Below, one piece after another: positions 36,660 to 48,409 of a stretch of 64,000 nucleotides of DNA (positions are counted from its first letter, which is position 1; each line of letters opens with the position of its first letter). The DNA is from Sphyrna mokarran. Its lineage: Eukaryota. The stretch is from contig JAGIQG010000014.1 in the NCBI GenBank assembly GCA_024679065.1, positions 46,252,001-46,316,000 of the forward strand, given 5' to 3'. Position numbers and translations under genes: made by a program. The notes under the pieces were generated by a model. That model worked only from the letters and a program-made list of their open reading frames with translations, did not search any database and had not been told where the DNA came from.

Positions 36660-36806
36660 CACTCTCTCTTCTGTTCTGACGAACAGCCAAAAGGACTTGA
36701 AACGTTAACTCTGCTTTCTGTCTTTACTGATGCTGCCAGATCTTCTGAGTTATTCCAGCATCCTCTATTCTTGTCTCAGATCCCAGCATTCACAGTATTT
36801 TGCTTA
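36660..36806 (+). mobile_element. PLE family-A terminus with hammerhead core
   Basis: gttCTGACGAacagccaaaaggacttGAAACGTTaac, followed by gatgctgccagatc..ccagcattcacagtattttgctt. Confidence 0.8.
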
Positions 36807-36829
36807 TTTAACTTATAGACGATCCTTTA

Positions 36830-37510
36830 GTGGAGGGGATTAGAAAAAAAATCAAAATGGAGGAAAGAGTTCTTGGTCTCAGATTGTTGCACTCAGTGTT
36901 AAAAACAAAAGGCTGTAAATGTCACAATCAGAAGATGAGATGCTGTCCCTCCAGTTTATGTTGGGTTTCACCAGAACGTGGCAACGGACAGACATGGGAG
37001 CAGAATAGTGAGTGGAAATAGCAAACAGCAGGAATGTCAGAGTCATGTCACAGACTGAGTAAGGTGTTCCTCAAATTGGTCACCCAATCTGCGTTGAATC
37101 TTCCCAATGTAGAGGAAGCTGTATTGTGAGCAGTGAATATAGTAGACTAAATTAAAAGAGGTGCAAGTGAAACACCACTTCATCTGAAAGGAGCATTTGA
37201 TGCCTTTAATGATAAGGAGAGAGGAGGTAAGGGGATGGATGTTAGACCTGCAATTACGAAGAAAGATGATGCAGTGTTGGGGTGATGGAGAAGTGGACCA
37301 GGGTGTCACGGAGGGAAAGATCCCTGCAGATTGATGATTTTGGAGGTTGAAAGAAGATGTGTTTGGTGTTGCCATCATGATGGAGATAGCTGACATGATC
37401 CTTTGAATGTGGAGACCACTAAGGTGAAAAGTGAGGAAAATGAGCATCCTATCATAGTTTTGAGTTTGGGAAAACAAGTAACTGCAGAAGTGCAGGAGAT
37501 GGGTTAAATA
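36830..37510 (-). mobile_element. PLE GIY-YIG region, degenerate
   Basis: ORF 37043-37612(-): FTCTSFNLVYYIHCSQYSFLYIGKIQRRLGDQFEEHL. Confidence 0.85.
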
Positions 37511-38584
37511 TGATGATATGGTTGCTGTTGGATAAGAAACATTAATATTTTGATGCCTAATGATCATAACATTTAGGAAGAATTTGTATGTGCACTTCTG
37601 ATGCCAAGGCATACAGAGCTTCGCTCCAAGTGCTGGAAAACAGATTTAAAATACTGTTTTAAATTGAAAATGAGAGTCAAATTTCAACAATTATGAAAAA
37701 TTTTTACTATAATTTTTTTAAGGTTGCAGTAGACTATAGATTGTCACATTCTTTAACCTGCAGTTTAACTTAAATTTAAAAAACAGCTATAAAAATATTT
37801 TTGATCTTTGATTAGTGCATCCACGATGGGCTGAAGGGCCATTTTCTGTTCTGTACATCTCAGTTGTATCTTTACTGTATGGGACTGGCTCAGTAGACCA
37901 ATTAATATTTTCCTGCATTTGTTTCCATATATTTTAAGGGACGGCATACAATTGAAAGATTGTACAGACTTTTGCGAGAGGAAATAAATAACTGCTGCAG
38001 CAGAAGTGAAAAGAAGAGCATCTTAATTTCTTAGAGCTCTCTTCCAACTTGGAAGAGGCCATTTCATGCCTCACATGGACAGCTGTGGATAAGACCCATA
38101 ACCACCAGGATTATTTACAATTTTGGAACTAGTCTAATGACTTCACAGGGCCAGCAAAAATTGTGTCCTGCCAACTAAATAATAGAGCAGTTTACTGAAA
38201 TACAGAGAAGCATATTCTGCGGCTCTGTAGTCAAGCAGCTGTCCGAGGTATCATGTGGCACATTGTTTCTTACCATAGAATAAATAAAACTTGGGACAGA
38301 TATTAATTCTCATTTCCTCTTTTTACTCATTTGAATGTCTGATCTTTGGTTCTTGCTTCCTGTTAAAGTGCTTATATTATATAAGTTCACGAATCTTGAC
38401 AAATTGCAACTGCAGGATCTGAAGACCGCAGTAACCAATAAATGTAACATATTTCTCCTGAAAGGGAAACAGCACATCATGCTAGGGAACTGTAGGCCAC
38501 TGGAGCTGAATTTATACCAATCTGCTGTAATACTTCAACTGGAAATCATTTAATTCAACTCTGTTCTAGGAATTGGGAATGGCG

Positions 38585-38731
38585 NNNNNNNNNNNNNNNN
38601 NNNNNNNNNNNNNNNNNNNNNNNNNNNNNNNNNNNNNNNNNNNNNNNNNNNNNNNNNNNNNNNNNNNNNNNNNNNNNNNNNNNNNNNNNNNNNNNNNNNN
38701 NNNNNNNNNNNNNNNNNNNNNNNNNNNNNNN
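38585..38731. other. Assembly gap (147 N)
   Basis: Run of n. Confidence 1.
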
Positions 38732-38734
38732 TTA

Positions 38735-39045
38735 ATAGTGGGTGATATGGTGGTTAGCACTGCTGCCTTACAGTGCCAGTGACCCACATTCCATTCCCGA
38801 CTTGGGTGACTGTCTGTGTGGAGTTTGCACATTCTCATCATGTCTGTGTGGGTTTCGTCTGGGTGCTCCTGCTTCCTCACACAGTCCAAAGATGTGCAGG
38901 TTAGGTGCATTGGTCACACTAAATTCTTCCTCAGCACATCTGAACAGGAGCTGGAGTGTGGTTACTAGGGGATTTTCACAGTAACTTCATTGCAGTGTTA
39001 ATGTAAGCCTACTTATGACTATTAAATAAACTTTACTTTTACTTC
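38735..39045 (+). mobile_element. HE1-like V-SINE, tail type B
   Basis: Head and core, plus tail ggggattttcacagtaacttcattgcagtgttaatgtaagcctacttatgactattaaataaactttactttta. Confidence 0.9.
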
Positions 39046-39299
39046 TAGTTTCATCATGAAGGTTAACAATTGAGACAGAATACTGCTCCAGCAGTTAGCT
39101 GAACAATACTGAATTCCCTTTGGTGGTTGTGAGTCACAGGGCAGATGTGAAGGATGCTGAAGAGCAATTTCCTCTACCTATGCCAATGTTGGTGGTCACT
39201 CACTTGCCTCATCATTCATCCTCTCCCTTGCACTCATCAACCCAGGGATATTCACAAAAGGGATTACCAACGGTTTTAGCTGTAAATTTTCAAGTGGTG

Positions 39300-39571
39300 A
39301 GACACAAGGGTGCAGTAGAAACAAAGAACAAGAACAAAGAAACTGATGTGGTTGAAAAGCAGCAGAAGATCTGTCAGTCCCAAGTCTGCACTGTGTACAG
39401 ATGATGATCTTAGACGTTCTGCCATGAAGAGAAGAATGCATTTGGTGCTCCTGTCTCAAAATGTCCAACACATAGCTGGGATATTTGGAATTCCTCATTC
39501 TGCTGTACACCAACAAGCCTCAAGGCTTCAGCTTGTTGCAGGGCAACCTAGACAAACTGTGAAAAATCTAG
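39300..39571 (+). other. Candidate exon in unique sequence (start uncertain)
   Basis: Open frame 39346-39571 runs into a consensus donor TAG|GTAAGT; peptide not recognised. Confidence 0.25.
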
Positions 39572-39869
39572 GTAAGTGAATCAATTCAATGTTAGGGCAT
39601 GGAACAAAGGACTGCAGGTATTGGGGCTGATTTAGAGAAGTTGATATCAGGCAGAGTGCAAAGTATATAGCATGACAGAGAGGGTGAAGAATGGTCATTA
39701 ACTGTCTATGAAAGGTGTGGTAACCTGCTGATTTTATGAGAGACTTCATGTGGCTAATACTCCAAACTTAGAATTTTGTTTCTAATTTCAGTGGAATAGA
39801 ATATTTGTTATAACCTACCAGGACATGCCAGAGGCTTACTATTTGCGTTAAGTGACTCACATGACTCGC

Positions 39870-40325
39870 AAAGCTTTTCCACCACTTATGTAAGTATGAT
39901 GGAATATTCTATACTTGCCGGTATGAGTGCCACTCCAACAAGAAGATTGACACCATCCAGGAAAAGCAACCTTTTTTTTGGCATCCTATGCACATCCTTA
40001 ACAGATCAACTAAGGCTTCTTCAACAGTGACTCCAAAATCTGTGATCTCTTCCACTGAGAACAATGAAGACAGCAGGCATATGAAAATATTACTACCTCC
40101 AATTCCTCTCAGTCACACACTAGTTTGATTTGGAAATGCTTCATCATTCATCATCACTAGATCAAAATCATGGAACCCCATTGCGGAACCTACCAGAACT
40201 TGGCAGCATCTTCAGCACAAGGAATGCATGATTTAATGCATAATGATTCATCACAGCCATATCAATGCTGATGGAATGGGAAATAAATGTTATCCTTACC
40301 AACGATGCCCACAGATTGAATAAAT
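39870..40325 (+). mobile_element. LINE family 2 3' fragment, degenerate
   Basis: atggaatattct..actccaaca..ttgacaccatccagg (MEYS..PT..LDTIQ); tail caacgatgcccaca..tgaataaa. Confidence 0.75.
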
Positions 40326-43300
40326 TATTGATGTGGTTCCAGAAACTGCTATAAAACACATTGCAGGCCAAGGTGCTAATTATGATATAGGTGATGAATT
40401 AAATGCAAGACTTGCCTTCAATTAGTTTCTTACCCTGTGTCAACCTACAGTTCACTTCTTATAAAATGCTTCCATAATCTATCCCTATTGTCAGGTTCAG
40501 TGAGTAGCCACATCATGGCTAGTGAAAAACTGCTGTGTTTCATTTGGAGACCCTTGACCTTCTGATCGCCGATGACTTTTGTGCCCTTGAACATGGGCAG
40601 GCCTGGCTGCGATCAATGCACTTAGGCCACTGCCATGGCGGTAAATCGTCATTTTAATATTGTGGTGACATAGTGCTAGTTTTCTGCTCAGCCTGTCCTG
40701 CCCAACCTAGTTCAAAGTATGGCTATTGTTTTCAAGCTCCCATCAATATCTCCTTTCCCTTGTCCAGACCAGCAACACTATTAACTCAGTTTCTGGTATG
40801 TTTGGATTGTAGTCTAATAAGTGTAATGTTATCAGATGGGGGAGCTTCAGCAGCAGTTGGTGTCATTGCAGTGCATGCATGAGATTGAGATCTCATATGA
40901 AAAGTGTAATTGATTAAAGCAATAGTGCTAATGCATTTGATAGAGAAGCATGCAGCCATTCCCTATGGCTGGGGACGTAATTGTAGGGTGGTAATTGCCT
41001 TCCTGGTGCCAGATTCAAGGATGTCACTTGAATCATTGCAAAACGTTCTGAGGGGTAGTTGAGGGTGGGTGGGAAGTGATGAACAGCCGAGGTAAAGATT
41101 CAATCATAGCTTTCAAAAGAAAATTGGATAATAATCAAAGCAGAAAATCTTTACAGACCTACGGGGAAAATATAAGCAATTTGGACTATCTGAGTAGCTT
41201 TCACAGAGAGCCAGCAAGGACACAACAGGCCAAATGGCCTTGTTGCGCACTGTAACTATATTGATTCCTCCAACACATCCACCAGGATTCAACATTCAAT
41301 ACATGCTCTGTGAAGAATGATTTTAATTTTAAAGTACTGTACATGTTCAAGTTATTTTTCCATTTTTCAGCAACAAACACTGCCTCGAAGGTATTCTTTA
41401 GCATTAACTTTGTGATGTATAACTGGGATATAAAGCAAAGTTTCTGTTGCATTTTGTTCAGTATTTCCTGCTTTGACTCATGCCATGGCACCTTCAGAGC
41501 TCATAAAATTCTTTCCCAATGTCAATAAATAATATGTCACAAAAATTGATAATTTTCAACTTCAATCTCACTCCCAATGGATTCTGCCTGAGTACAGAAT
41601 ATTTTATGGTCTGCTGCAATTAAAGTTTAAAATGTATTATCCCCAAAAGATATCCAATTGGGAGTTTATGCGGTAGTTCACTTCAAATTTAGGTTTGAAG
41701 GTTTTAGGTATTTGCAAATGGAGACACAAGAGTTTTATTTTCTTGGATGTGGATTTTATGCTATCATTAACTGGATTTAAACTCATTGAAACCTTAGGCT
41801 AATTTCCTAAATGGATTAATTCACATCTTATTTTGAGAATTAGTCACTTTAATTTTAAATGTGTTAGAATCATGTCTTCAGGAACTCGTTCTTTTTTAAT
41901 TTGAAAGAACATTGCATTATTTGGTATCCTGGGATTTTCAAGAAAAGCTTAAAATTTCACCTTGACTGTGAGCAAGCACACCTTTTCCAAGAAATCACTG
42001 ACCAGCATAATTCTGTTGATGTTGAAAATCAACCTTCATGGATGAGTTTTATGTTTTGAATTTATGTTTTTAAAATTCAGATAAGAATGAACTGAGAAGC
42101 AGTTTGGCTGCCCAGCTTACACTGTCCTTGCCTTGCCTGAAAACATTGTGGATATCAGTATCTAGCTAGGAAACCTCACATCAGTGGAAACCTCAGAGGT
42201 TGAGACGAGAAGGATTGATTATGCTCCGGTTCTATTATCCTCCACGCTGAAGCTGTGTTTGTGAAAACTTCCAGATGTCTACTGAGACCAGCAACCCATC
42301 TTCAGCATTAGATTGACAACATCAGAACCTTGCAAACTTTATCCTTTTTATAAAGACTTTTTCTTCCACCATCCATCTCTGCAGAGACACTATGGCCTGA
42401 ATTTTTAGCCTGGGAGGAAAGCACGATCGATGGCACCAGAAGCAAAGATGAAACTTGCTCCTGCTGGCAATCAACTCCCAAAGCAAATTTCATGCTGGCA
42501 GGCTAATTACCTCCTAGCCCATGTGAAATGTGTTCTGAGTGAGGTTCAACTCTGCAGGTGAGAGGCAAGTGGCAGATGCTGGATATCCAGCGGAAAGTGT
42601 GTGAAAATCTGGCAAAGATCCCTGAGGGTGTACATGCCATGCTGTCAGTGTTGGAGGGTTTGATGTGTAGTATGAACAGTGCATTGGTCCAGAGATCAGA
42701 ATACACAGCTTCCTCTATGGCACTTTGATGAAGAGGCAGCTGCAGGAATTCAATCAAGTGTTTCTGGGGTTACATTTTGATCTACAAGATGATCACTGCC
42801 AACGTGAGAGATGGATGAGACACCTAGTAACTCTACTGGCTGCCCATCCATCAGTGGTAAGCAGGAAAATTCAAGCCAATCTCATGTTGGTGGTGACATG
42901 CAATTTGCTTGTGAGGATTCCTCTCAGGGTGCTCCTGATGATGGCATCTGCTCCTCTGCCCCTCTGCCAATGACCATTGTATCTGATAAGACAGTGATGA
43001 CTAGGGAGTGGCAAGTAATGACACTCAACTCCACCATCCTAAACTTACATAGGCTCTGGCAACCAAAGGATGGCTACTAAGGTCATCAAGGCCATCAAGG
43101 AATTAGTCAACAGTCTGCCTCCAATCCAACTGTTAGCAGAAGGGCATCACCAAGAAATAGCACTCACAAACTGAAATTAAAGTCACAACAATCACATATG
43201 AGGTCTCATGAATGATTAATGTTTCCTTGACATGTGTATACTTCTGCATCTATATCTTTGCCTTCATTATTATAAAATTTGAGTGCTTCATGCCATTGTT

Positions 43301-43619
43301 AGGGAAGAGACCTGGGAGTCATGCGTTACGCATTTGAAGAACTACAAAGAGTATTTCAGAGGCCAGGATTTGAGTGAAGATGACAGGTGTGTCACATCAG
43401 CAATAATCAGTAAGATAACATTTCACTTGGCATCACCCTTAGTCCTTTCTTTGGCTTCTTAACTGAAAGGCCTTTGAATCAAGGCTTCTCTAATTTCCAT
43501 TCCTCCCATAAGCATCCTTATGTCCAGATCCTACTCCTCAACCTGGAACTCCTCAGGTTCCTCCTCAGATTCAGTACCCTGCAACCTATGGAGCAGGATA
43601 TCTGTCTTCATCCAGCAAT

Positions 43620-43932
43620 GGGCAGAATGGTAACACAGTGTTTAGAATTGCTGTCTCATAGCACCAGGGACCTAGGTTTGATTCTTGGCTTGGATCACTG
43701 TGTCTGCACGTTCTTCCCGTATCTATGTGGGTGTCCTCTGGGTGCTCCAGTTTCCTCCCACAGTCCAGAGATGTGCAAGTTAGGTGGATGGCCATGCTAA
43801 ATTGCCATCAGGGGGACTAACTAGTGTAAATGCATGGGATTCTGGGATAGGGCCTGAGTGGGATAGTCATTGGTGCAGACTCTATGGGCTGAATGGCCTC
43901 CTTCTGTACTGTAGAGATTCTATGATCCTGTA
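43620..43932 (+). mobile_element. HE1-like V-SINE, tail type A
   Basis: Head, V core, tail gaatggcctccttctgtactgtagagattctatga. Confidence 0.9.
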
Positions 43933-44651
43933 TGATGATCATTACCACCACTAAAAGTTAATTGGGGGAATCTGTTGGAAGGCAAAGGGATGTCTAATAA
44001 ATGGTACGCTTTCAAAAGTGTGTTAACCAGAGTTCAGAGTAAGTACATTCCTCTTACAGTGAAAGGCAAGGCTGGCAGAAGTAGGGAATCCTGGAAGGCT
44101 CAGGATATTGAGGTCCTGATCAAGAAGAAGAAAGAGACACATGACATACATAGGCAGCTGGGATCAAATGAATCCCTTGAAGATTGTGGGAGGGTAGGAG
44201 TAGAGCTAAGAGAGAAATCAGGAGGGCAAAAAGAAGATACGAGATTGTTTTGGCAGATAAGGCAAAGGAAAATCCAAGGAATTTCTACAAATACATGAAG
44301 GGCAAAAGAGTAACAAGGGAGAGAGTAGGGCCTCTTAAGGATCGACAAGGGATGGGTGAAATCCTACATGAATATTTCTCATCAGTATTTACTGTTGAGA
44401 AAAGCATGGATGTTAGAGAACTTGGGGAAATAAATTGTGATGCCTTGAGGAGTGTACATATTACAGGGAAAGAGGCGCTGTAAGTCTTGAAGTGCATCAA
44501 AGTAGATAATGCTTGGGACCTGATGAAATTGTCCCAGGATATTGCGGGAGCCTCGGGAGGAAATTGCACATCCTCTAGTCGAGATATTTGAATCATTGAT
44601 AGCCATGGATGAGGTGCCTAAAGATTGGAGAATGGCAAATGTTGTGCCTTT

Positions 44652-46157
44652 GATTAGGATTCTTTGGGAGGTTAGGGAGGAGATTGCAGAGCCTTTGACT
44701 TTGATCTTTATGTCATCGTTGGCTACACGTATAGTGACGGAAGACTGGAGGATAACAAATGTTGTCCCCTGTTCAAGAAGGGGAGTAGAGACCATGCTGG
44801 AAACCTGTGAGCCTTACTTCTGTTGTGGACAAAGTTTTGGAAAGGATTTATAATCACCTTGAGAGAAATAATTTGATTAGGGATAATCAACATGGTTTTG
44901 TGAAGGATAGGTCGTGCCTCACAAACCTTATTGAGTTCTTTGAGAAGGTGACCAAAGACACGGATAAGGGTAAAGCAGTTGATGTAGTGTATATGGATTT
45001 CAGCAAAGTGTTTAATAAGGTTCACCATGGTAAGCTACTGCAGAAAATATGGATGCATGGGATTGAGGGTGATTTAGCAGTTTGGATCAGGAATTGGCTA
45101 ACTGATAGAAGACAGAGGGTGGTGGTTGATGGGAAATATTCAACCTGGAGCTCAGTTACTAGTGGTATACCTCAGGGATCTGTTTTGGGGCCACTGCTGT
45201 TTGTCATTTTCATAAATGACCTAGATGAGGGTGTAGAAGGATGGGTTAGTAAATTTGCAGATGACACTAAAGTCGGAAGAGTTGTAGACAGTGAGGATGG
45301 ATGTTACAGTTTGCAGAGAGACATAGGTAAGCTGCAGAGCTGGGCTGAGAGGTGGCAAATGGAGTTTAATGTGGAAAAGTGTGAGGTGATTCACTTTGGA
45401 AGAAGTAACAGAATTATAGAATATTGGGCTAATGGAAGGACTCTTGGTAGTGTGGAGGAGCAGAGCGATCACTGTGTACATATGCATAGATCCCTGAAAG
45501 TTAGCACTCAGGTTGATAAGGTTGTTAAGAAGGCATAGGATGTGTTATCTTTTATTGGTAGAGGGACTGAATTTCAGAACCGTGAGATCATGTTGCAGCT
45601 GTAGAAAACTCTGGTGTGGCCGCACTTGAAGTATTGAGTACAATTCTGGTCGCTGCATTATAAGAAAGATGTGGAAGCATTGGAAAGGTTGCAGAGGAGG
45701 TTTACCAGGATGTTGCATAATATGGTGGGAAGGTCTTATGAGGGAAGGCTGAGGGACTTGAGGTTGTTTTCGTTAGAAAGAGGAAGGTTAAGAGGTGACC
45801 TAATTGAAACATATAAGATGATCAGAGGATTAGATAGGGTGGACAGTGAATGTCTTTTTCCTTGGATGGTGATGGCTAACATGAGGGGACTTGGCTTTAA
45901 ATTGAAGGGTGATAAATATAGGACGGATATTGGAGGTGGGTTCTTTATTCAGAGAGTAGTAAGGGCGTGGAATGCCCTGCCTGTAGCAGTTATGGACATG
46001 CCAACTTTAAGGGCATTCAAATAGTCATTAGGTAGGCATACGGATATTATTGGAATAGTTTAAGTTAGAGGGTCATTAGATTGGTTCCACTGGTCAGCGC
46101 AACATCAAGGGCCCAAGGGCCTGTACTGTGCTGTAATGTTCTATGTTTTATGTTCTA
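44652..46157 (+). mobile_element. Inner CR1 LINE (different subfamily), RT domain to 3' tail
   Basis: ORF 44807-45538 has QHGF, YMDFSK, GIPQGSVLGPLLF and KFADDTK; ends with (tgttcta)n. Confidence 0.92.
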
Positions 46158-46506
46158 TAAAAAAGAGCTGTAGGGAAAATCCTGGGAACTACAGGCCAGT
46201 GAGCCTCAATCTGAGGTGGCTAAGTTGTTGAAAGGTATTTTGAGAGATAGGATTTACAGGCATTTAGAGTCACAAGGATTGATTAGGGACATTTAGCATG
46301 GCTTTGTGAGTGGAAAATCATGTCTCACAAATTTGAGTGTTTTGAAGGGGTAACCGAGAAGGTAGATGAAGGCAGTGCAGTTGATGATGTCTATGTGGAC
46401 TTTAGCAAGGCCTTTGGCAAGACACAGCGTGGTAGGTTGTTGCATAAGGTTAAATCTCACGGATCCAGAGTGAGGTAGCCAAATGGATACAAAATTGGCT
46501 TGATGA

Positions 46507-48068
46507 CACAAGGCAAACATACCCGGCCGTCCCATTGTATCGGGCAATGGGACCCTGTGTGAGAAACTCTCCAGCTATATCGAGGGCATCCTGAAACCCA
46601 TTGTACAAAGAACCCCCAGCTTTTGTCTTGACACTACGGACTTCCTACAGAAACTCAGCACGCATGGAGCAGTTGAACCAGGGACACTCCTTGTCACAAT
46701 GGATGTCTCGGCGCTCTACACCAACATCCCCCACGACGATGGTATTGCTGCAACTGCCTCAGTACTCAATGCCAACAACTGCCGGTTTCCGGATGCAATT
46801 TTACAACTCATCCGCTTCACCTTGGACCACAATGTCTTCACCTTCAACAATCAGCTTTTCATCCAGACACATGGAACAGCCATGGGGACCAAATTTGCAC
46901 CTCAGTATGCCAACATCTTCATGCACAGGTTCGAACAAGACTTCTTCACCACACAAGATCTCCAACCAAGGTTATATACTAGATACATTGATGACATCTT
47001 TTTCCTTTGGACTCATGGTGAACAATCATTGAAACAACTGTATGATGATATCAACAAGTTCCATCCCACCATCAGACTCACCATGGACTATTCTCCAGAA
47101 TCAGTTGCATTCTTGGACACACGCATCTCCATCAAGGACGGTCACCTCAGCACCTCACTGTACCGAAAACCGACAGACAACCTCACAATGCTCCACTTCT
47201 CCAGCTTCCACCCTAGACACGTTAAAGAAGCCATTCCCTATGGACAAGCCCTCCATATACACAGAATTTGCTCAGATGAGGAGGATCGTGACAGACACGA
47301 TCGTGACAGCTGAAGGATGCCCTCGTGAGAACAGGATATGGCGCTCATCTCATCGATCGACAGTTCCGACGTGCCACAGCGATAAACTGCACTGACCTCC
47401 TCAGAAGACGAACACGGGACACGGTGGACAGAGTACCCTTTGTTGTCCAGTACTTCTCCGGAGCGGAGAAGCTACGACATCTTCTCCAGAGTCTTCAACA
47501 TGTCATTGATGACGATGAACATCTCGCTAGGGCCATCCCCACCCCCCCACTTCTTGCTTTCAGACAACCGCACAACCTCAAACAGATCATTGTTCGCAGC
47601 AAACTACCCAACCTTCAGGAGAACAGTGACCACAATACCACACAACCCTGCCACAGCAACCTCTGCAAGACATGCCAGATCATAGACATGGACGACATCA
47701 TCAAGCGTGAGGATACCATTCACCAGGTACACGGTACATACTCTTGCAACTCGGCCAACGTTGTCTACCTAATACGTTGCAAGAAAGGATGTCCCGAAGC
47801 ATGGTACATTGGGGAGACCATGCAGACACTACGACAGCAGATGAATGAGCATCGCTCAACAATCACCAGGCAAAACAGTTCCCTTCCTGTGGGTGAACAC
47901 TTCAGCAGTCATGGGCATTCGGCCTCCGACCTGCGGGTAAATGTTCTTCAAGGGGGCCTTCGTGACACACGACAGCGCAGAGTTGCTGAGCAGAGACTGA
48001 TAGCCAAGTTCCGCACACATGAGGACGGTCTTAATAGGGATCTTGGCTTCATGACACACTATCTGTAA
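46507..48068 (+). pseudogene. Penelope-like RT + GIY-YIG endonuclease ORF, 5'-truncated, single frameshift at ~47300
   Basis: HKANIPGRPIVS, MDVSALYTNIP, GTAMG, YTRYIDDIF, LYRKPTD; Cys linker CHSNLCKTC; VVYLIRC..WYIGET..EH. Confidence 0.95.
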
Positions 48069-48409
48069 CCCCCGTAACTTGCCTGGGTTAGCAAAAAACC
48101 TCACTTACTGTGCTGTCTGGAGAAAATACACAATTCTCTAACCAATGCTCAGGATTCCCTTCACACACATTGTTAGCCACTTTAACACTTGAATAGCAGG
48201 TTAGATGTAAGGATTCGCATTCTAATCAGCAATCTGTAACTGTCTGTGTGGATATGAGTGCTATTGTAGACCAGAACACTGCATTTGCCTGACGAAGGCT
48301 ATAGAGTCGAAAACTCGCGAATTTACTATCAAATAAATTGGTTGGATTTAAAATTGGTGTTGTAAAACTTTACTGAGTTTACCCCAGTCCAACGCCGGCA
48401 TCTCTACAT
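46509..48409 (+). mobile_element. Penelope-like element (family B; Neptune-like Cys linker) with ~10-bp TSD
   Basis: cttgatgaca (46499-46508) and cttgatgata (48410-48419) flank the ORF, UTR and terminal repeat. Confidence 0.92.
48283..48322 (+). ncRNA. Minimal type I hammerhead ribozyme motif
   Basis: Stem I ATTTGC/GCGAAT, core CTGACGA(A), stem II GGCT-atag-AGTC, GAAA, then AC-T-C; predicted cut after C48316. Confidence 0.8.

Noticed and set aside
38566-38910. ORFs spanning X residues
   Set aside because: They cross the assembly gap
44542-44853. Novel protein with an internal domain duplication
   Set aside because: Artefact of the junction between two nested CR1 copies
44807-48068. Multi-RT plus nuclease operon or retron-like system
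   Set aside because: Explained by independent nested CR1 and PLE insertions, with a TSD and a resumed host ORF
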